A stretch of 64,000 nucleotides of DNA, taken from NCBI GenBank assembly GCA_963719225.1, contig CAVRAY010000001.1, forward strand, positions 3,296,001-3,360,000, in the 5' to 3' direction. The DNA is from Thermoanaerobaculia bacterium. Lineage in GTDB: Bacteria; Acidobacteriota; Thermoanaerobaculia; UBA5066. Both the position numbers and the translations under genes were made by a program. Below the pieces are notes generated by a model. The model saw only the letters and a program-made list of their open reading frames with translations, was not told where the DNA came from and did no database searches. This document shows, in pieces, positions 38,931-48,738 of the stretch (position 1 is its first letter; every line of letters starts with the position of its first letter).

Positions 38931-40856
38931 TCAGGTCGGTGTCGTGTCGAGAACTTCGCGCAGCTTCGCCGTGAGGTTCTGTTCGGTGAAGGGCTTGGGG
39001 AGAAACACGGGCCCGCCTTCCGTGCCGAAGTCAGCCGGGACGTCGGCCGTGTATCCCGACATGAACACCACCTTGATCGTCGGCCGCCGTGCCCTCACGC
39101 GGGCGGCCAGATCCCGCCCGTTCATTCCCGGCATCACGACGTCGGTCAGAAGGACGTGAATGACGCCGGAGTGCTTGTCGACGATCTCGAGCGCCGCGGG
39201 CCCGTCTTCGGCGGCGAGTACGGCGTACCCCTTTCGCTCGAGAACGGCACGCACGAGATTCCTGACCGCCGACTCGTCCTCGACGACGAGGATCGTCTCC
39301 GATCCGGGGCGGGAAGAGGCGCGCGGGCGAACGCCCGATGTCGCCCGCGCGTCGGACCGAGGAAAGTAGACACGAACGTCGGTTCCGGTGCCTGGCGCGC
39401 TCGCGACGTCCACGTAACCTCCGCTCTGCTTGATGATGCCGAAGATCGTCGCGAGGCCGAGGCCCGTACCCTTTCCCTTCTCCTTCGTCGTGAAGAAGGG
39501 CTCGAAGAGGTGTCCGAGCGTCTCGGCATCCATCCCGCTTCCCGTGTCCCGGACCAAAATGACGACGTACCTTCCGGGCGGAATCGAGTCGTGGGAGCTC
39601 GTGAACGGCGTATCGAGATTCACATTCGCCAGCTCGAGCGTCAGGCGGCCACCTCCAGGCATGGCATCACGGGAATTGACCGCGAGATTCAGGAGTACCT
39701 GCTCGACCTGCCCGGGGTCCGCCTTCACGCGGCCGAGTGTCGCGGGCCTCACGACGACGACCTCGATGTCCTCGCCGATCAGGCGCCGCAACATCTTTTC
39801 CGTGTCGGCGACGATTGCGCCGAGATCGAGGACGCGCGTCTCGAGGACCTGCCGCCGGCTGAAGGCGAGGAGCTGCTGCGTCAGGGCCGCGGCCCTCTCG
39901 GCCGCCCGGGCGATCTCTCCCACGCTCTCGCTGCGGCCCGCGTCGTTGGCGAGGGACGCCCCGAGCAACTCGGCGTAGCCTTGTATGACCGTCAGGAGAT
40001 TGTTGAAGTCGTGGGCGACTCCGCCTGCGAGGCGGCCCACCGCCTCCATCTTCTGGGCCTGGACGAGCTGCGCCTCGAGTCGTTTGCGTTCGGTGACGTC
40101 CCGGCCCGCCGTGTGCATGAAACGCTTACCGCCGATGGTGACGAGCCTGTTGTTGAACTCGACGACAACCTTGCTGCCGTTTTTTTTTCGAATCGGCGCT
40201 TCCGACAGGATTTGCTCGCCTCCCAGGATGCGCCCATGAAACGTGCGGTATGCCGCGAGGTCGGGTTCCTCGTGGAGATCCGGGATCCCCATCGAGAGCA
40301 GCTCCTCCCGGGAGTACCCCGTCAGCTCCGTCGCAGCGCTGTTGACGGCGACGAACCGTGCCTGCTCGTCGCTCACGAACACGGCGTCCCGCGAGCCCTC
40401 GAAGATGTGCCGCTGCCATGCGAGCGCCTCCTCCAGCTCGGCGTTGAGCCTGGAGACGTTCGCTTCGGCTAGCTTGCGCTCCGTGATGTTGTCGAACACG
40501 GCGACGAAGTGCCCCTTCTTCGGGCTGTAGGCGGAGATCGAGAACCAGATGCCGAGAGCGTCGAGGTAGACCTCGAATCTCTCCGGCGTGCCGGTCGAGG
40601 CCACCCGACCGTACGCTTCGAGCAGCGCCGGGCTCGACTCCCGGATTCCCGGGATGACTTCGCTGACCCTCCTGCCGACGACGCCTTTCAGTCCGGTCAG
40701 CCTCTCGAACGCGGAATTGACTTCGAGGTAGACGAAATCGTGCGGCTGCCCGTCTTCGTAGAGCATTTCGCAGTACGCAAAGCCGTCGAGCATGCTCTCG
40801 AAGAGGGAGCGGAAGCGTCTCTCGCTCTCGCCGAGCGCGTCGGTTGGCCTTCGCAT
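38931..40856 (-). CDS. PAS-PAS hybrid sensor histidine kinase/receiver
   Basis: Two PAS domains, GGVAHDFNNLL, NLAVNSRDAM, FEPFFTTK, GTGLGL, C-terminal REC. Confidence 0.93.
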   Translation of the reverse strand: MRRPTDALGESERRFRSLFESMLDGFAYCEMLYEDGQPHDFVYLEVNSAFERLTGLKGVVGRRVSEVIPGIRESSPALLEAYGRVASTGTPERFEVYLDALGIWFSISAYSPKKGHFVAVFDNITERKLAEANVSRLNAELEEALAWQRHIFEGSRDAVFVSDEQARFVAVNSAATELTGYSREELLSMGIPDLHEEPDLAAYRTFHGRILGGEQILSEAPIRKKNGSKVVVEFNNRLVTIGGKRFMHTAGRDVTERKRLEAQLVQAQKMEAVGRLAGGVAHDFNNLLTVIQGYAELLGASLANDAGRSESVGEIARAAERAAALTQQLLAFSRRQVLETRVLDLGAIVADTEKMLRRLIGEDIEVVVVRPATLGRVKADPGQVEQVLLNLAVNSRDAMPGGGRLTLELANVNLDTPFTSSHDSIPPGRYVVILVRDTGSGMDAETLGHLFEPFFTTKEKGKGTGLGLATIFGIIKQSGGYVDVASAPGTGTDVRVYFPRSDARATSGVRPRASSRPGSETILVVEDESAVRNLVRAVLERKGYAVLAAEDGPAALEIVDKHSGVIHVLLTDVVMPGMNGRDLAARVRARRPTIKVVFMSGYTADVPADFGTEGGPVFLPKPFTEQNLTAKLREVLDTTPT

Positions 40857-40939
40857 CTAATCCATCTGCAACCAGAACATGGCCGCTCTCCCTGCCGGAG
40901 CGCGCGTCGCAACCTGGGGACGCCCTCTGCGGGCGCCGA

Positions 40940-42427
40940 TCAGCCCCTCTTCTGCTTGCTCTTCGGGTTGTTCAGCGCCTGAAGAAGAGACGTGCCGAAA
41001 CCGGAGACGGCCGGCACGGAGGCCTTCTCGCGCTTCGCGGTCTCCTCTCGGTAGCTCTTCAGCTCGCCGCGGTCCGCTTCCGCTTTCGCACCCGAGGCCG
41101 AGAGCGAGATGCGTTTCCGCGGGACATCGACCCCGATGACCTTCACCTCGACCTTTTGGCCCGGCGTGAAGTGGCGGTTGACCGTGCCGGGCGGCACGCC
41201 CGACTCGGAGTTCGGGATCAGCCCCGTGAGACCAGGCTCGAGGCGGACGAAGACGCCGAACACGGCGACGCTTTCCACCTCGCCTGTCGCGACGGAGCCC
41301 TCGGGATGACGCTCGTGGATGCTCTCCCACGGATTCGACGTCGCGACCTCGCGGAGCGAGAGCGACAGCCGGCGCTGCTTCGGGTCGACTTCCTTCACCC
41401 AGCCCTGCACGGTCTGGCCGTCGGCGACGGATGGGTCCTTGAGCGTGACGCCGGGCGGCAGCGCCGAGACGTGCACGAGACCGTCCACGCCCTGCTCGAC
41501 CTCCACGAAGAGGCCGAAGTCCGCGTGCCGGGCGACGGTGCCCGTGAACGATGCGCCCGGGGCGAAGCGCTCGGGCAGCGTCTCCCACGGATCGGCCTCG
41601 AGCTCTTTCATGGAAAGCGAAATGCGCTTGCCTTCGCCGGCCAGCTTCGTCACCTTGACCGTGACCTCCTGGCCCACGGTGAGGGCGTCCTTCGGGTGCG
41701 CGATGCGGCGTCGCGAGATTTCGGTGACGTGCACGAGTCCGTCCACGCCGCCGAGGTCCACGAACGCCCCGAAATCCGTGAGGGAGCGGACGCGGCCGGG
41801 CAGGACGGCGCCCACGGCGATCTTTTCGCGCGTGATCGCGGCTTTCTCGTCCTGTTCCTCCTTCAGGAGGGCGACGCGCGAGACGACCACGCGCCGGCCG
41901 TCCTCGGAGTACTCGAGAACGCGGAAGTCGAACGTCTGCCCCACGTAGGCGGCGAGCGCGGGTTCCTCGTGACGGCCGAGGTCGATCTGCGACACCGGGC
42001 AGAAGGCGCGGAGGCCGTGCGCGCCGCCGATCATCACTTCGAAGCCGCCCTTGTTTCGCGCCATGACCTTGCCCGCGACGGGAATCTTCGCCTCGGATGC
42101 CGCGCGCAGCTCGGCCTTCGTGCGATGCCCGACCGCGAGCTTGCGCGACAGGCGAACGTCCGGGCCTGCCTTGACGACCACCGCTTCGATCCGATCGCCC
42201 ACCTTCTCGCCCTCGAGCTCCTTGAGGTCCATGAGCGCTTCGGACTTGCCGCCGATCGAGACGAGAACGATGTCGGGAGTGATGCCGGCGATGATGCCGT
42301 TGACGACCTGCCCTTCCAGGAGCTTCTTCCTCGGCGTGGCCGCATCGGCGGCGAGGGCAGCCTCGAAGGTCTTGCGGTCGGCGGATTCGGCGGTTTCGAC
42401 GGACCGGGCGATGAGGGTCTGGGGCAC
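40940..42427 (-). CDS. Multi-S1-domain RNA-binding protein (RpsA-like)
   Basis: Repeated FGAFV..G..GLVH.SE S1 motifs; AGGAG RBS before the GTG. Confidence 0.88.
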   Translation of the reverse strand: MPQTLIARSVETAESADRKTFEAALAADAATPRKKLLEGQVVNGIIAGITPDIVLVSIGGKSEALMDLKELEGEKVGDRIEAVVVKAGPDVRLSRKLAVGHRTKAELRAASEAKIPVAGKVMARNKGGFEVMIGGAHGLRAFCPVSQIDLGRHEEPALAAYVGQTFDFRVLEYSEDGRRVVVSRVALLKEEQDEKAAITREKIAVGAVLPGRVRSLTDFGAFVDLGGVDGLVHVTEISRRRIAHPKDALTVGQEVTVKVTKLAGEGKRISLSMKELEADPWETLPERFAPGASFTGTVARHADFGLFVEVEQGVDGLVHVSALPPGVTLKDPSVADGQTVQGWVKEVDPKQRRLSLSLREVATSNPWESIHERHPEGSVATGEVESVAVFGVFVRLEPGLTGLIPNSESGVPPGTVNRHFTPGQKVEVKVIGVDVPRKRISLSASGAKAEADRGELKSYREETAKREKASVPAVSGFGTSLLQALNNPKSKQKRG

Positions 42428-42582
42428 GGATCGTTCTCCTGGCCCGCCAAGCGAGATTCCCCCGGAGAAAAGCGTCCAGGGCTGCGGGACCGCGGATTCT
42501 ATCCGAAGCTGTAAGATGAGACTTGTTCTCCGGACGGCACCCCCCGAGCCCCGGAGAAAACCCCAGTTGGAGGAGTGGTGGA

Positions 42583-44688
42583 ATGGCCGATCCGGGTGTC
42601 CTGACAGCCACGGGCGCTTCGCCGTCCGGAGCCGCGGCGACGATCGCGGGACTCGCCCCGAGCCGGGACGAGCTGAGGCGCTGGTACGGCCTGATGCACC
42701 TCGGCCGGCTCCTCGACGACAAGGCGCCGAACTATCTCAAGCAGGGACTCGGCTGGTCGTATCACGCGCCGTGCGCGGGGCACGACGGGATCCAGGTCGC
42801 GCTCGGCGTCACGTTCCGGCCCGGACACGACTATCTCTTCCCTTACTACCGGGACCTCACGACGTGCCTCGCCGCCGGCCTCTCGACCGAGGAGATTCTG
42901 CTGAACGGGATGTCGAAGCGGGACGACGTCGCTTCCGGCGGCCGGCACATGTCGAACCACTTCGCGAAGCCTGAGATCAACATCCAGAACGTCTCGTCCT
43001 GCGTGTCGAACCACGCGCAGCACGCCGCCGGCCTCGGCCGCGCGCTCAGGACCTACGGATCGGACGCGATCGTCTTCTGCTCCGTGGGCGAGTCCTCCAC
43101 GTCCGAGGGCTACTTCTACGAGGCCGTCAACGGCGCCTCGCGCGAGAAGCTGTCCGTCGTCTTCGTGGTCCAGGACAACGGATACGGCATCGCAGTTCCG
43201 AAGAGTGACCAGACGGCGAACCCGTTCGCGTCCGACAACTTCTCGGGGTTCAAGAACGTCCGGATCATCCACTGCGACGGCAGGGACCTCTTCGACTCGC
43301 TGCGCGCCATGCGCGAAGCCGTGTCGTTCGTGAAGGCGGGCGCGGGCTGCGCCCTCGTCCACGCCGAGTGCATTCGCATCCACTCGCACTCCAACTCCGA
43401 CCGGCACGAGCTCTACCGCTCGCCCGAGGAGCTCGCCGCCGCGAAGGAGCAGGATCCCCTTCCCCGCCTGCGGCGCGTTCTCGTCGAGGGCGGCGCGTTC
43501 TCCGAGGAGGAGATCGCCGCGATCGAGGACGCGAACCGGAAAACCTACGAGGAATCGGCCGACCGCGCGCGCCGCGCGCCGGATCCCGACCCCGCCTCCG
43601 TCCTCGACCACGTCATGCCAGAGCCGTGGGTGCCCGAGGGCGACGGCCTCGCGTCGGTGACGCTCACGCCCGAAACGGTCGACGGGAAGCCGACCACCGA
43701 GATGACGCTCATCCAGGCCCTGAACGGCACGCTGAAGGAGATGTTCCGCGAGAACCCCGACACGTACCTCTGGGGTCAGGACGTCGCCTACAAGGAGAAG
43801 GGCGGCATCTTCAACGTCACGAAGGGCATGCAGCAGGAGTTCGGTCCGAAGCGGATCTTCAACGGGCCGCTCGCGGAGGATTTCATCCTCGGCACTGCGG
43901 ACGGCTTCTCGCGCCTCAACGACAGGATTCGCGTCGTCGTGGAAGGCGCCGAGTTCGCCGACTACTTCTGGCCCGCGGCCGAACAGATGGTCGAGATGTC
44001 CCACGAGCTCTGGCGCACGAACGGCAAGTTCGTCCCGAACGTCACCGTGCGCATCGCCTCGGGCGGATACATCGGCGGCGGCCTCTACCATTCCCAGAAC
44101 ATCGAAGGCTGGCTCGCGACGCTGCCCGGCATCCGCATCGTGGTGCCCGCGTTCGCGGACGACGCCGCGGGCCTCCTCAGGACGTCGATGCGCTCGCGCG
44201 GGATCACGCTCTACCTCGAGCCCAAGTTCCTCTACAACTCCGCGCAGGCCAAGACGCACGTTCCCGCGGAGTTCGCGGTGCCGTTCGGGGTGGCCCGCCG
44301 CCGCCGCGAAGGCCGCGACCTGACGATCCTCGCATACGGCACGCCCGTCCACTTCGCGCTGGAGGCGGCCGAGGCGCTCGCCAAGGACGGCAAGAACGTG
44401 GAGGTGATCGACCTGCGCTCGCTCGTGCCGCTCGACTTCGAGGCCATCGCCGCCTCGGTGAAAAAGACGTCCCGCGTCCTCGTCGTCCACGAGGACAAGG
44501 TGCACGGGGGCTTCGGCGGCGAGCTCGTCGCGCGTATCGCGTCCGAGCTCTTCCCCCATCTCGACGCCCCGGTCGACCGCGTCGGGTCCACGTTCACGCC
44601 CGTCGGCTTCAACCGCATCCTCGAGCGGGCGATCCTCCCGAACACGGAGCGGGTCCTCGAGGCGGCGAAGAAGACGCTCGCGTACTGA
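42583..44688 (+). CDS. Fused alpha/beta E1 component of a 2-oxoacid (probably branched-chain) dehydrogenase
   Basis: YYRD, GE..TSEG...DNG TPP motif, HSNSD, GQDV, YHSQ, IDLRSL.PLD. Confidence 0.92.
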   Translation: MADPGVLTATGASPSGAAATIAGLAPSRDELRRWYGLMHLGRLLDDKAPNYLKQGLGWSYHAPCAGHDGIQVALGVTFRPGHDYLFPYYRDLTTCLAAGLSTEEILLNGMSKRDDVASGGRHMSNHFAKPEINIQNVSSCVSNHAQHAAGLGRALRTYGSDAIVFCSVGESSTSEGYFYEAVNGASREKLSVVFVVQDNGYGIAVPKSDQTANPFASDNFSGFKNVRIIHCDGRDLFDSLRAMREAVSFVKAGAGCALVHAECIRIHSHSNSDRHELYRSPEELAAAKEQDPLPRLRRVLVEGGAFSEEEIAAIEDANRKTYEESADRARRAPDPDPASVLDHVMPEPWVPEGDGLASVTLTPETVDGKPTTEMTLIQALNGTLKEMFRENPDTYLWGQDVAYKEKGGIFNVTKGMQQEFGPKRIFNGPLAEDFILGTADGFSRLNDRIRVVVEGAEFADYFWPAAEQMVEMSHELWRTNGKFVPNVTVRIASGGYIGGGLYHSQNIEGWLATLPGIRIVVPAFADDAAGLLRTSMRSRGITLYLEPKFLYNSAQAKTHVPAEFAVPFGVARRRREGRDLTILAYGTPVHFALEAAEALAKDGKNVEVIDLRSLVPLDFEAIAASVKKTSRVLVVHEDKVHGGFGGELVARIASELFPHLDAPVDRVGSTFTPVGFNRILERAILPNTERVLEAAKKTLAY

Positions 44689-44693
44689 ATAGC

Positions 44694-44930
44694 ATGTTGG
44701 AACACCCGAGTTCGGTGACCGCACGTCAACTCTCAAGATCGTCGAAAACGGTGTTGCGGAAGCTCGCAGCGGAACGCGACCTTGTCGTGACTTCGAGGGG
44801 GAGGCCGGTGGCGATCCTCACGAGTACGAGCGAAAACACCCTCGCGTCGACCCTCTCTGCCCTCCGGGGGAAACCCCTCTCCACCGTCAAGGCTGAGCTT
44901 GCAGCCGCGCGGCGAGAACGGCGCCGATAA
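44694..44930 (+). CDS. Phd/YefM-like antitoxin
   Basis: VTARQL......L..L......VVTSRGRPVAIL pattern; 78 aa. Confidence 0.65.
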   Translation: MLEHPSSVTARQLSRSSKTVLRKLAAERDLVVTSRGRPVAILTSTSENTLASTLSALRGKPLSTVKAELAAARRERRR

Positions 44931-44962
44931 CCACCGCCAGACTCGGTAGGATCGCCGAGTCC

Positions 44963-45451
44963 GTGACGATCTCCATCCTTCTCTATTCGGGTCTCGCGCT
45001 CCTGGCGCTCGGGAGCGTCTCGCTCGTCTGGCCCCCGAGATTCCTCGGGATCGCGACGCGTCTCCACGCGCTCGTGGTCTTCGGCACGGGTCTCGTCGCG
45101 GCAACCGTCGCGTTCCTCTTGCCGCCGCCGTCCGCGCGAGGCAGCGCGCGTGCCCCGACTCGTATCGACGAATTCGCTCCGGGGTTCCAGTTCGTGGAAT
45201 TCCACGAGCGCACGGTCCGGGCGACTCCCGAGCGCATCGCGCCGGGCTACGCGAAAGCCGCCATGAACTTCCGCATCGAGCCCCGCCCCGACGGCTCCTG
45301 CCGCCTCACCACCGAGACGCGCATCTTCGCGACGGACGCCGCGTCTTCGCGCCGCTTCGCGAGGTACTGGCGGTTCATCCTGCCGGGCAGCTCCCTCCTC
45401 CGGGTCACGTGGCTCCGCGCGATCGCAGAAAGGGCGGAGAGAGGACGCTGA
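44963..45451 (+). CDS. Hypothetical membrane protein, possibly internally shortened
   Basis: Two TM segments, then DEF.P..QF.E.H...AKAAMNF...TETR..ATD...RRF..YW..I.PGS. Confidence 0.65.
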   Translation: MTISILLYSGLALLALGSVSLVWPPRFLGIATRLHALVVFGTGLVAATVAFLLPPPSARGSARAPTRIDEFAPGFQFVEFHERTVRATPERIAPGYAKAAMNFRIEPRPDGSCRLTTETRIFATDAASSRRFARYWRFILPGSSLLRVTWLRAIAERAERGR

Positions 45452-45460
45452 AGAGCTCCC

Positions 45461-45820
45461 CTACTTCGACGACATGACGAAGGTGTTGCCCTCGGAGTCC
45501 TTGAAGATGGACGAGGTGCCCCAGGACTCCGTCTTCGGCGGCTGGACGAATTCCACGCCCCGCGCCTTCAGCTCCTCGTAGGTCTTCTGGAGGTTGTCGC
45601 ACGTGAAGGCGCCGTTGAAAAAGCCGCCCGCCCTGGTTCCCTCCCCCGTGAAGAGAACGACTTCGGTCTCGGCGCCGGGGATCTTCAGCTCGATCCAGCG
45701 CTGTTTCTCGTTGAAGGGCTGATCGGTCGCGACCTTGAAGCCGATGCGATCGCGCCAGAAGGCAAGCGCGCGCTCCTGGTCGTCGCAGGGGATGCTGACG
45801 AACTTCAGGCGATTGATCAT
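45461..45820 (-). CDS. VOC/glyoxalase-family protein
   Basis: DQERALAFW....GF, RWIE, ELKARGVEF, WG...FKD.EGN; GAGG RBS. Confidence 0.9.
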   Translation of the reverse strand: MINRLKFVSIPCDDQERALAFWRDRIGFKVATDQPFNEKQRWIELKIPGAETEVVLFTGEGTRAGGFFNGAFTCDNLQKTYEELKARGVEFVQPPKTESWGTSSIFKDSEGNTFVMSSK

Positions 45821-45862
45821 GGAAGTCCTCCTCGCGCGAAAATCTAGGGCATGCGTTTCGGC

Positions 45863-45903
45863 TTGTAAAGGGTCCGCATATCGACTATAGTTATAGTTGA
45901 TAT
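45863..45903 (+). promoter_or_regulatory. Sigma70-like promoter overlapped by an inverted-repeat operator
   Basis: TTGTAA-N17-TATAGT; IR ATATCGACTATA-GT-TATAGTTGATAT (11/12 match) at 45878-45903. Confidence 0.7.
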
Positions 45904-45904
45904 A

Positions 45905-46210
45905 GTGAAAAACGTCACTGTCCGTGTCGATCGCTACGTGCTCGAGACCCTCATGGTCGACCTCGTCGGGCACGATCGCTCGCCGTCGTCTTTCCTGGTC
46001 TTCCTCGCGCTCTGGAACGCGGCGGGGGGCAGGCGGAAGGCCAAGGCCCGCCGGAGCCACCGGCAGGTCGCCGAGGAAACAGGGCTCTCGAAGAGCGCGG
46101 TGCAGGCCGCGATCGGCCGTCTGCTCCGGCGAAAGCTGATCGCCGTCACGCGCGCTTCGGCGACGGCCACGCCGGAATACTCGATCCTGCGCCCGTGGCA
46201 GCGGGGCTGA
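45905..46210 (+). CDS. Winged-helix HTH protein
   Basis: SHRQVAEETGLSKSAVQAAIGRL..RKLI; divergent from the VOC gene. Confidence 0.8.
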   Translation: MKNVTVRVDRYVLETLMVDLVGHDRSPSSFLVFLALWNAAGGRRKAKARRSHRQVAEETGLSKSAVQAAIGRLLRRKLIAVTRASATATPEYSILRPWQRG

Positions 46211-46259
46211 CCGCTTCCTTCCACGCCTGGATCCGGCTCCTTTGGCATACTCCGCCCTC

Positions 46260-46751
46260 GTGACGGCGCCCGTGTCAGCCCGCAATCTCCTCCGCCATGC
46301 AATTGCGACGCTCGCGTACCGCGCGGGCAAGGCCCTGCGCGGCGCGCCCCCCGGCTTCGAGAGCTTCTCAGCCGCGCCCGGGTCGCGCACGCCCGGGCAG
46401 ATCCTCGCGCACATGGGCGACCTCTTCGACTGGGCGCTCGAGCTCGCGAAGGGCGCTTCGGTCTGGAACGACGCGACGCCGCTGCCGTGGGACCGGGGGG
46501 TCGCGCGGTTCTTCGCGGGTCTCGAAGCGTTCGACCGGCATCTCGCGTCCGGCGCGCCGCTGCCCGAAGGCTTCACGGAGGACAAGCTCTTCCAGGGCCC
46601 CGTGGCCGACGCCCTCACGCATACGGGCCAGATCGGAATGCTCCGGCGCCTCGCGGGCTCGCCCGTGCGCGGCGAAAGCTACTTCCGCTCGGACATCGAG
46701 ATCGGCCGCGTGGGAGAAGCTCAGTCTGCGCCGCGAAAAGAATTCGACTGA
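46260..46751 (+). CDS. DinB-like four-helix protein
   Basis: TPGQILAHM, DALTHTGQIGMLRRLAG; start approximate. Confidence 0.75.
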   Translation: MTAPVSARNLLRHAIATLAYRAGKALRGAPPGFESFSAAPGSRTPGQILAHMGDLFDWALELAKGASVWNDATPLPWDRGVARFFAGLEAFDRHLASGAPLPEGFTEDKLFQGPVADALTHTGQIGMLRRLAGSPVRGESYFRSDIEIGRVGEAQSAPRKEFD

Positions 46752-46764
46752 CGCCGATCCCTAC

Positions 46765-47637
46765 TCAGAACGCGAACGCGACGTAGAACACCGGCCCCTG
46801 GTAGTGGTAGCGGACGTGCGTGATCGTGTCCGAATCGCGCGTGTAGTCGATGCGCGTGTAGCTGTAGCCGCCGCCGATGCCGATCGCCGGAGTGACGAAG
46901 AGGTCCAGCGTACCCGTGGCTTCGAACATGCTGCCCGTCGACCCGCTGATCGTCGCCTTGAACCCGCGCGCCCGCGCGTTGAGGAAGAGCTGCGGCATCA
47001 GCGTGAACGTGAAGTAGCCCTCGAGTGCCGGAATCGGCGCCGTCAGGCTCTTTCTTTCGCTGACGGCGGCGGTGACCACGGCTCCGGTCGGTCCGACGTA
47101 CGTCCCGACCGCGTCGAGGGACGCCCGGTTGAAGAAGACGCTCGCGCCGAGGCCGAGGCCGATCTCGAGGTCGCCGTTGTTGACGAACGAGTATCCGTAG
47201 TAGAGCTCGGCGACGCTCACGTCCAGCGCCGAGTCCACGTCGGCACCCACGGAATACGTCACCCCGTTGAACACGATCTGACGGGAGATCGTTTTCGTGG
47301 CCGAGCGGTTCCACTGCTGGTACGCGAAGTCGAGCCGCGCGTGGCGCCCGAGACGGAGGTAACCATCGGCCTGGAGAGCGAACTTCTTCTCCGGAAGCCC
47401 GAGGTCGCTTTCGAGCGCGATCTCGGTACCCGGCAGCGTGGCGGTCCCGTATTGAACGGTCGTGTCGAAAGTCGGATACAGCCCGCCGAGGTTCAAACGG
47501 AACGTCTCGTCCATGCCGCGCTGGTGCTTGTAAACGTAGTTGGAACCGCTTTGCGCGGCGGCGCCGCCCGCAACGGCGAGGAAAGCGGTGGCGACGACGA
47601 GGCGCGCGGAGAGACGGGCGGCGAACCCTGCGGTCAT
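46765..47637 (-). CDS. Outer-membrane beta-barrel protein
   Basis: Signal peptide, LESDLGL, alternating beta strands, C-terminal ..Y.GP......F. Confidence 0.75.
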   Translation of the reverse strand: MTAGFAARLSARLVVATAFLAVAGGAAAQSGSNYVYKHQRGMDETFRLNLGGLYPTFDTTVQYGTATLPGTEIALESDLGLPEKKFALQADGYLRLGRHARLDFAYQQWNRSATKTISRQIVFNGVTYSVGADVDSALDVSVAELYYGYSFVNNGDLEIGLGLGASVFFNRASLDAVGTYVGPTGAVVTAAVSERKSLTAPIPALEGYFTFTLMPQLFLNARARGFKATISGSTGSMFEATGTLDLFVTPAIGIGGGYSYTRIDYTRDSDTITHVRYHYQGPVFYVAFAF

Positions 47638-47731
47638 CTCGACTCCTTGGCTCCCCCGGGAAGGCCGGGGGAACTCCCTCCCCGAGTGTAAGGCCGCCGC
47701 GTTCCTCCGCCGCCCGCGTGACGGGTCGGTC

Positions 47732-48736
47732 TCAGTCGACGTGGGGGTGCTTCTTCTCCGCGAGCGCGCGCACCGTCGAACCGGGAAGCGTCCCGCTGAT
47801 CGAGACGGTTTCCTTGTCGCGCGAGACCGTGAACTTGCGAAGCACGGAGACCGTTTCCGGAGACTTCTCCTGTGCGGCGAGGCGCCAGGCCGCGAGGACT
47901 CCGCGGAGCGCGTCCTCCATGAGGCCGGCCGTCTCCGCGTCGTTCGCGACGCCGGTCGCCGCGAGCTTCAGGGCATCGCCTTTCGTCGTGGCCTGGAGCG
48001 CGAGGAACTGGACGGATTTCATGGACGAGACGAGCGCCGTCGCGGCGTCGTCGCCCGAGGCGCGAGCCTGCGAGCGCCGCATCGCGGCGTCCTTCGCGGG
48101 GATGCGCGAGACGTCCACGAGCGCCCAGGCCGAAGCGCCCGAGTCGATGCGCGAGAGGTGACGCCCGAGGCCCGCGCCCGAGGCGAAGCCGGTGCCTCCG
48201 GCGCTGCGCTGCGCGAGCGCCGTGACGACCGCGGCCTCCGAGCCCGCGATCACGAGGTGCGTGCTCGCGAACGCGATCGCGCCGCGTTCGTGGCGCGAGG
48301 CGTTCGTGCTCTTCTCGGGAAGGAGGAGGTAATCGCCCGCGGGCGTGGATTTCTTCGTGGCGCCCCTCTCGAGGAGAGCCGCCGAGAGGCGCGCCGGGTC
48401 GAACCGCCCTTCGAAGAGCACGAGGCCCCAGCCGTCGCTCCCGCCCGCGCCCTTCGGCGAACCGGCCGCGACGACGAGATCCACGTCCTCCTTCGGGTTG
48501 AGGCGGGCTTCTTCGAGGAAGTGCTGGGCGTCGCCCGCGACGCTGATGTGGTCCGTGTCGGAGAACAGGCGCGCGGCGAGCGGGCTCGTCCTGAGGTCCG
48601 CGACGTGAACGACGCCCACGGAGGCGGCGTCGGCCGGGACGAGAGCGAGCGCGTCGTCGCCGCTCCTGGCGGCGGCCGGGAGCGCGAGGAAGACGGCGAA
48701 CGCGATGGCAGACGAGCCAGCAAAGTATCGCTTCAT
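47732..48736 (-). CDS. Exported hypothetical protein (DUF3352-like)
   Basis: Signal peptide, LALVPADA, P..D.D; last gene of the ABC operon. Confidence 0.65.
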   Translation of the reverse strand: MKRYFAGSSAIAFAVFLALPAAARSGDDALALVPADAASVGVVHVADLRTSPLAARLFSDTDHISVAGDAQHFLEEARLNPKEDVDLVVAAGSPKGAGGSDGWGLVLFEGRFDPARLSAALLERGATKKSTPAGDYLLLPEKSTNASRHERGAIAFASTHLVIAGSEAAVVTALAQRSAGGTGFASGAGLGRHLSRIDSGASAWALVDVSRIPAKDAAMRRSQARASGDDAATALVSSMKSVQFLALQATTKGDALKLAATGVANDAETAGLMEDALRGVLAAWRLAAQEKSPETVSVLRKFTVSRDKETVSISGTLPGSTVRALAEKKHPHVD

Positions 48737-48738
48737 GA

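Noticed and set aside
38606-42558. Identical 16-mer CCCGAGCCCCGGAGAA at 38606 and 42543 in leader regions
   Set aside because: A GC-rich match of this length is plausible by chance, and the orientations relative to the adjacent genes differ
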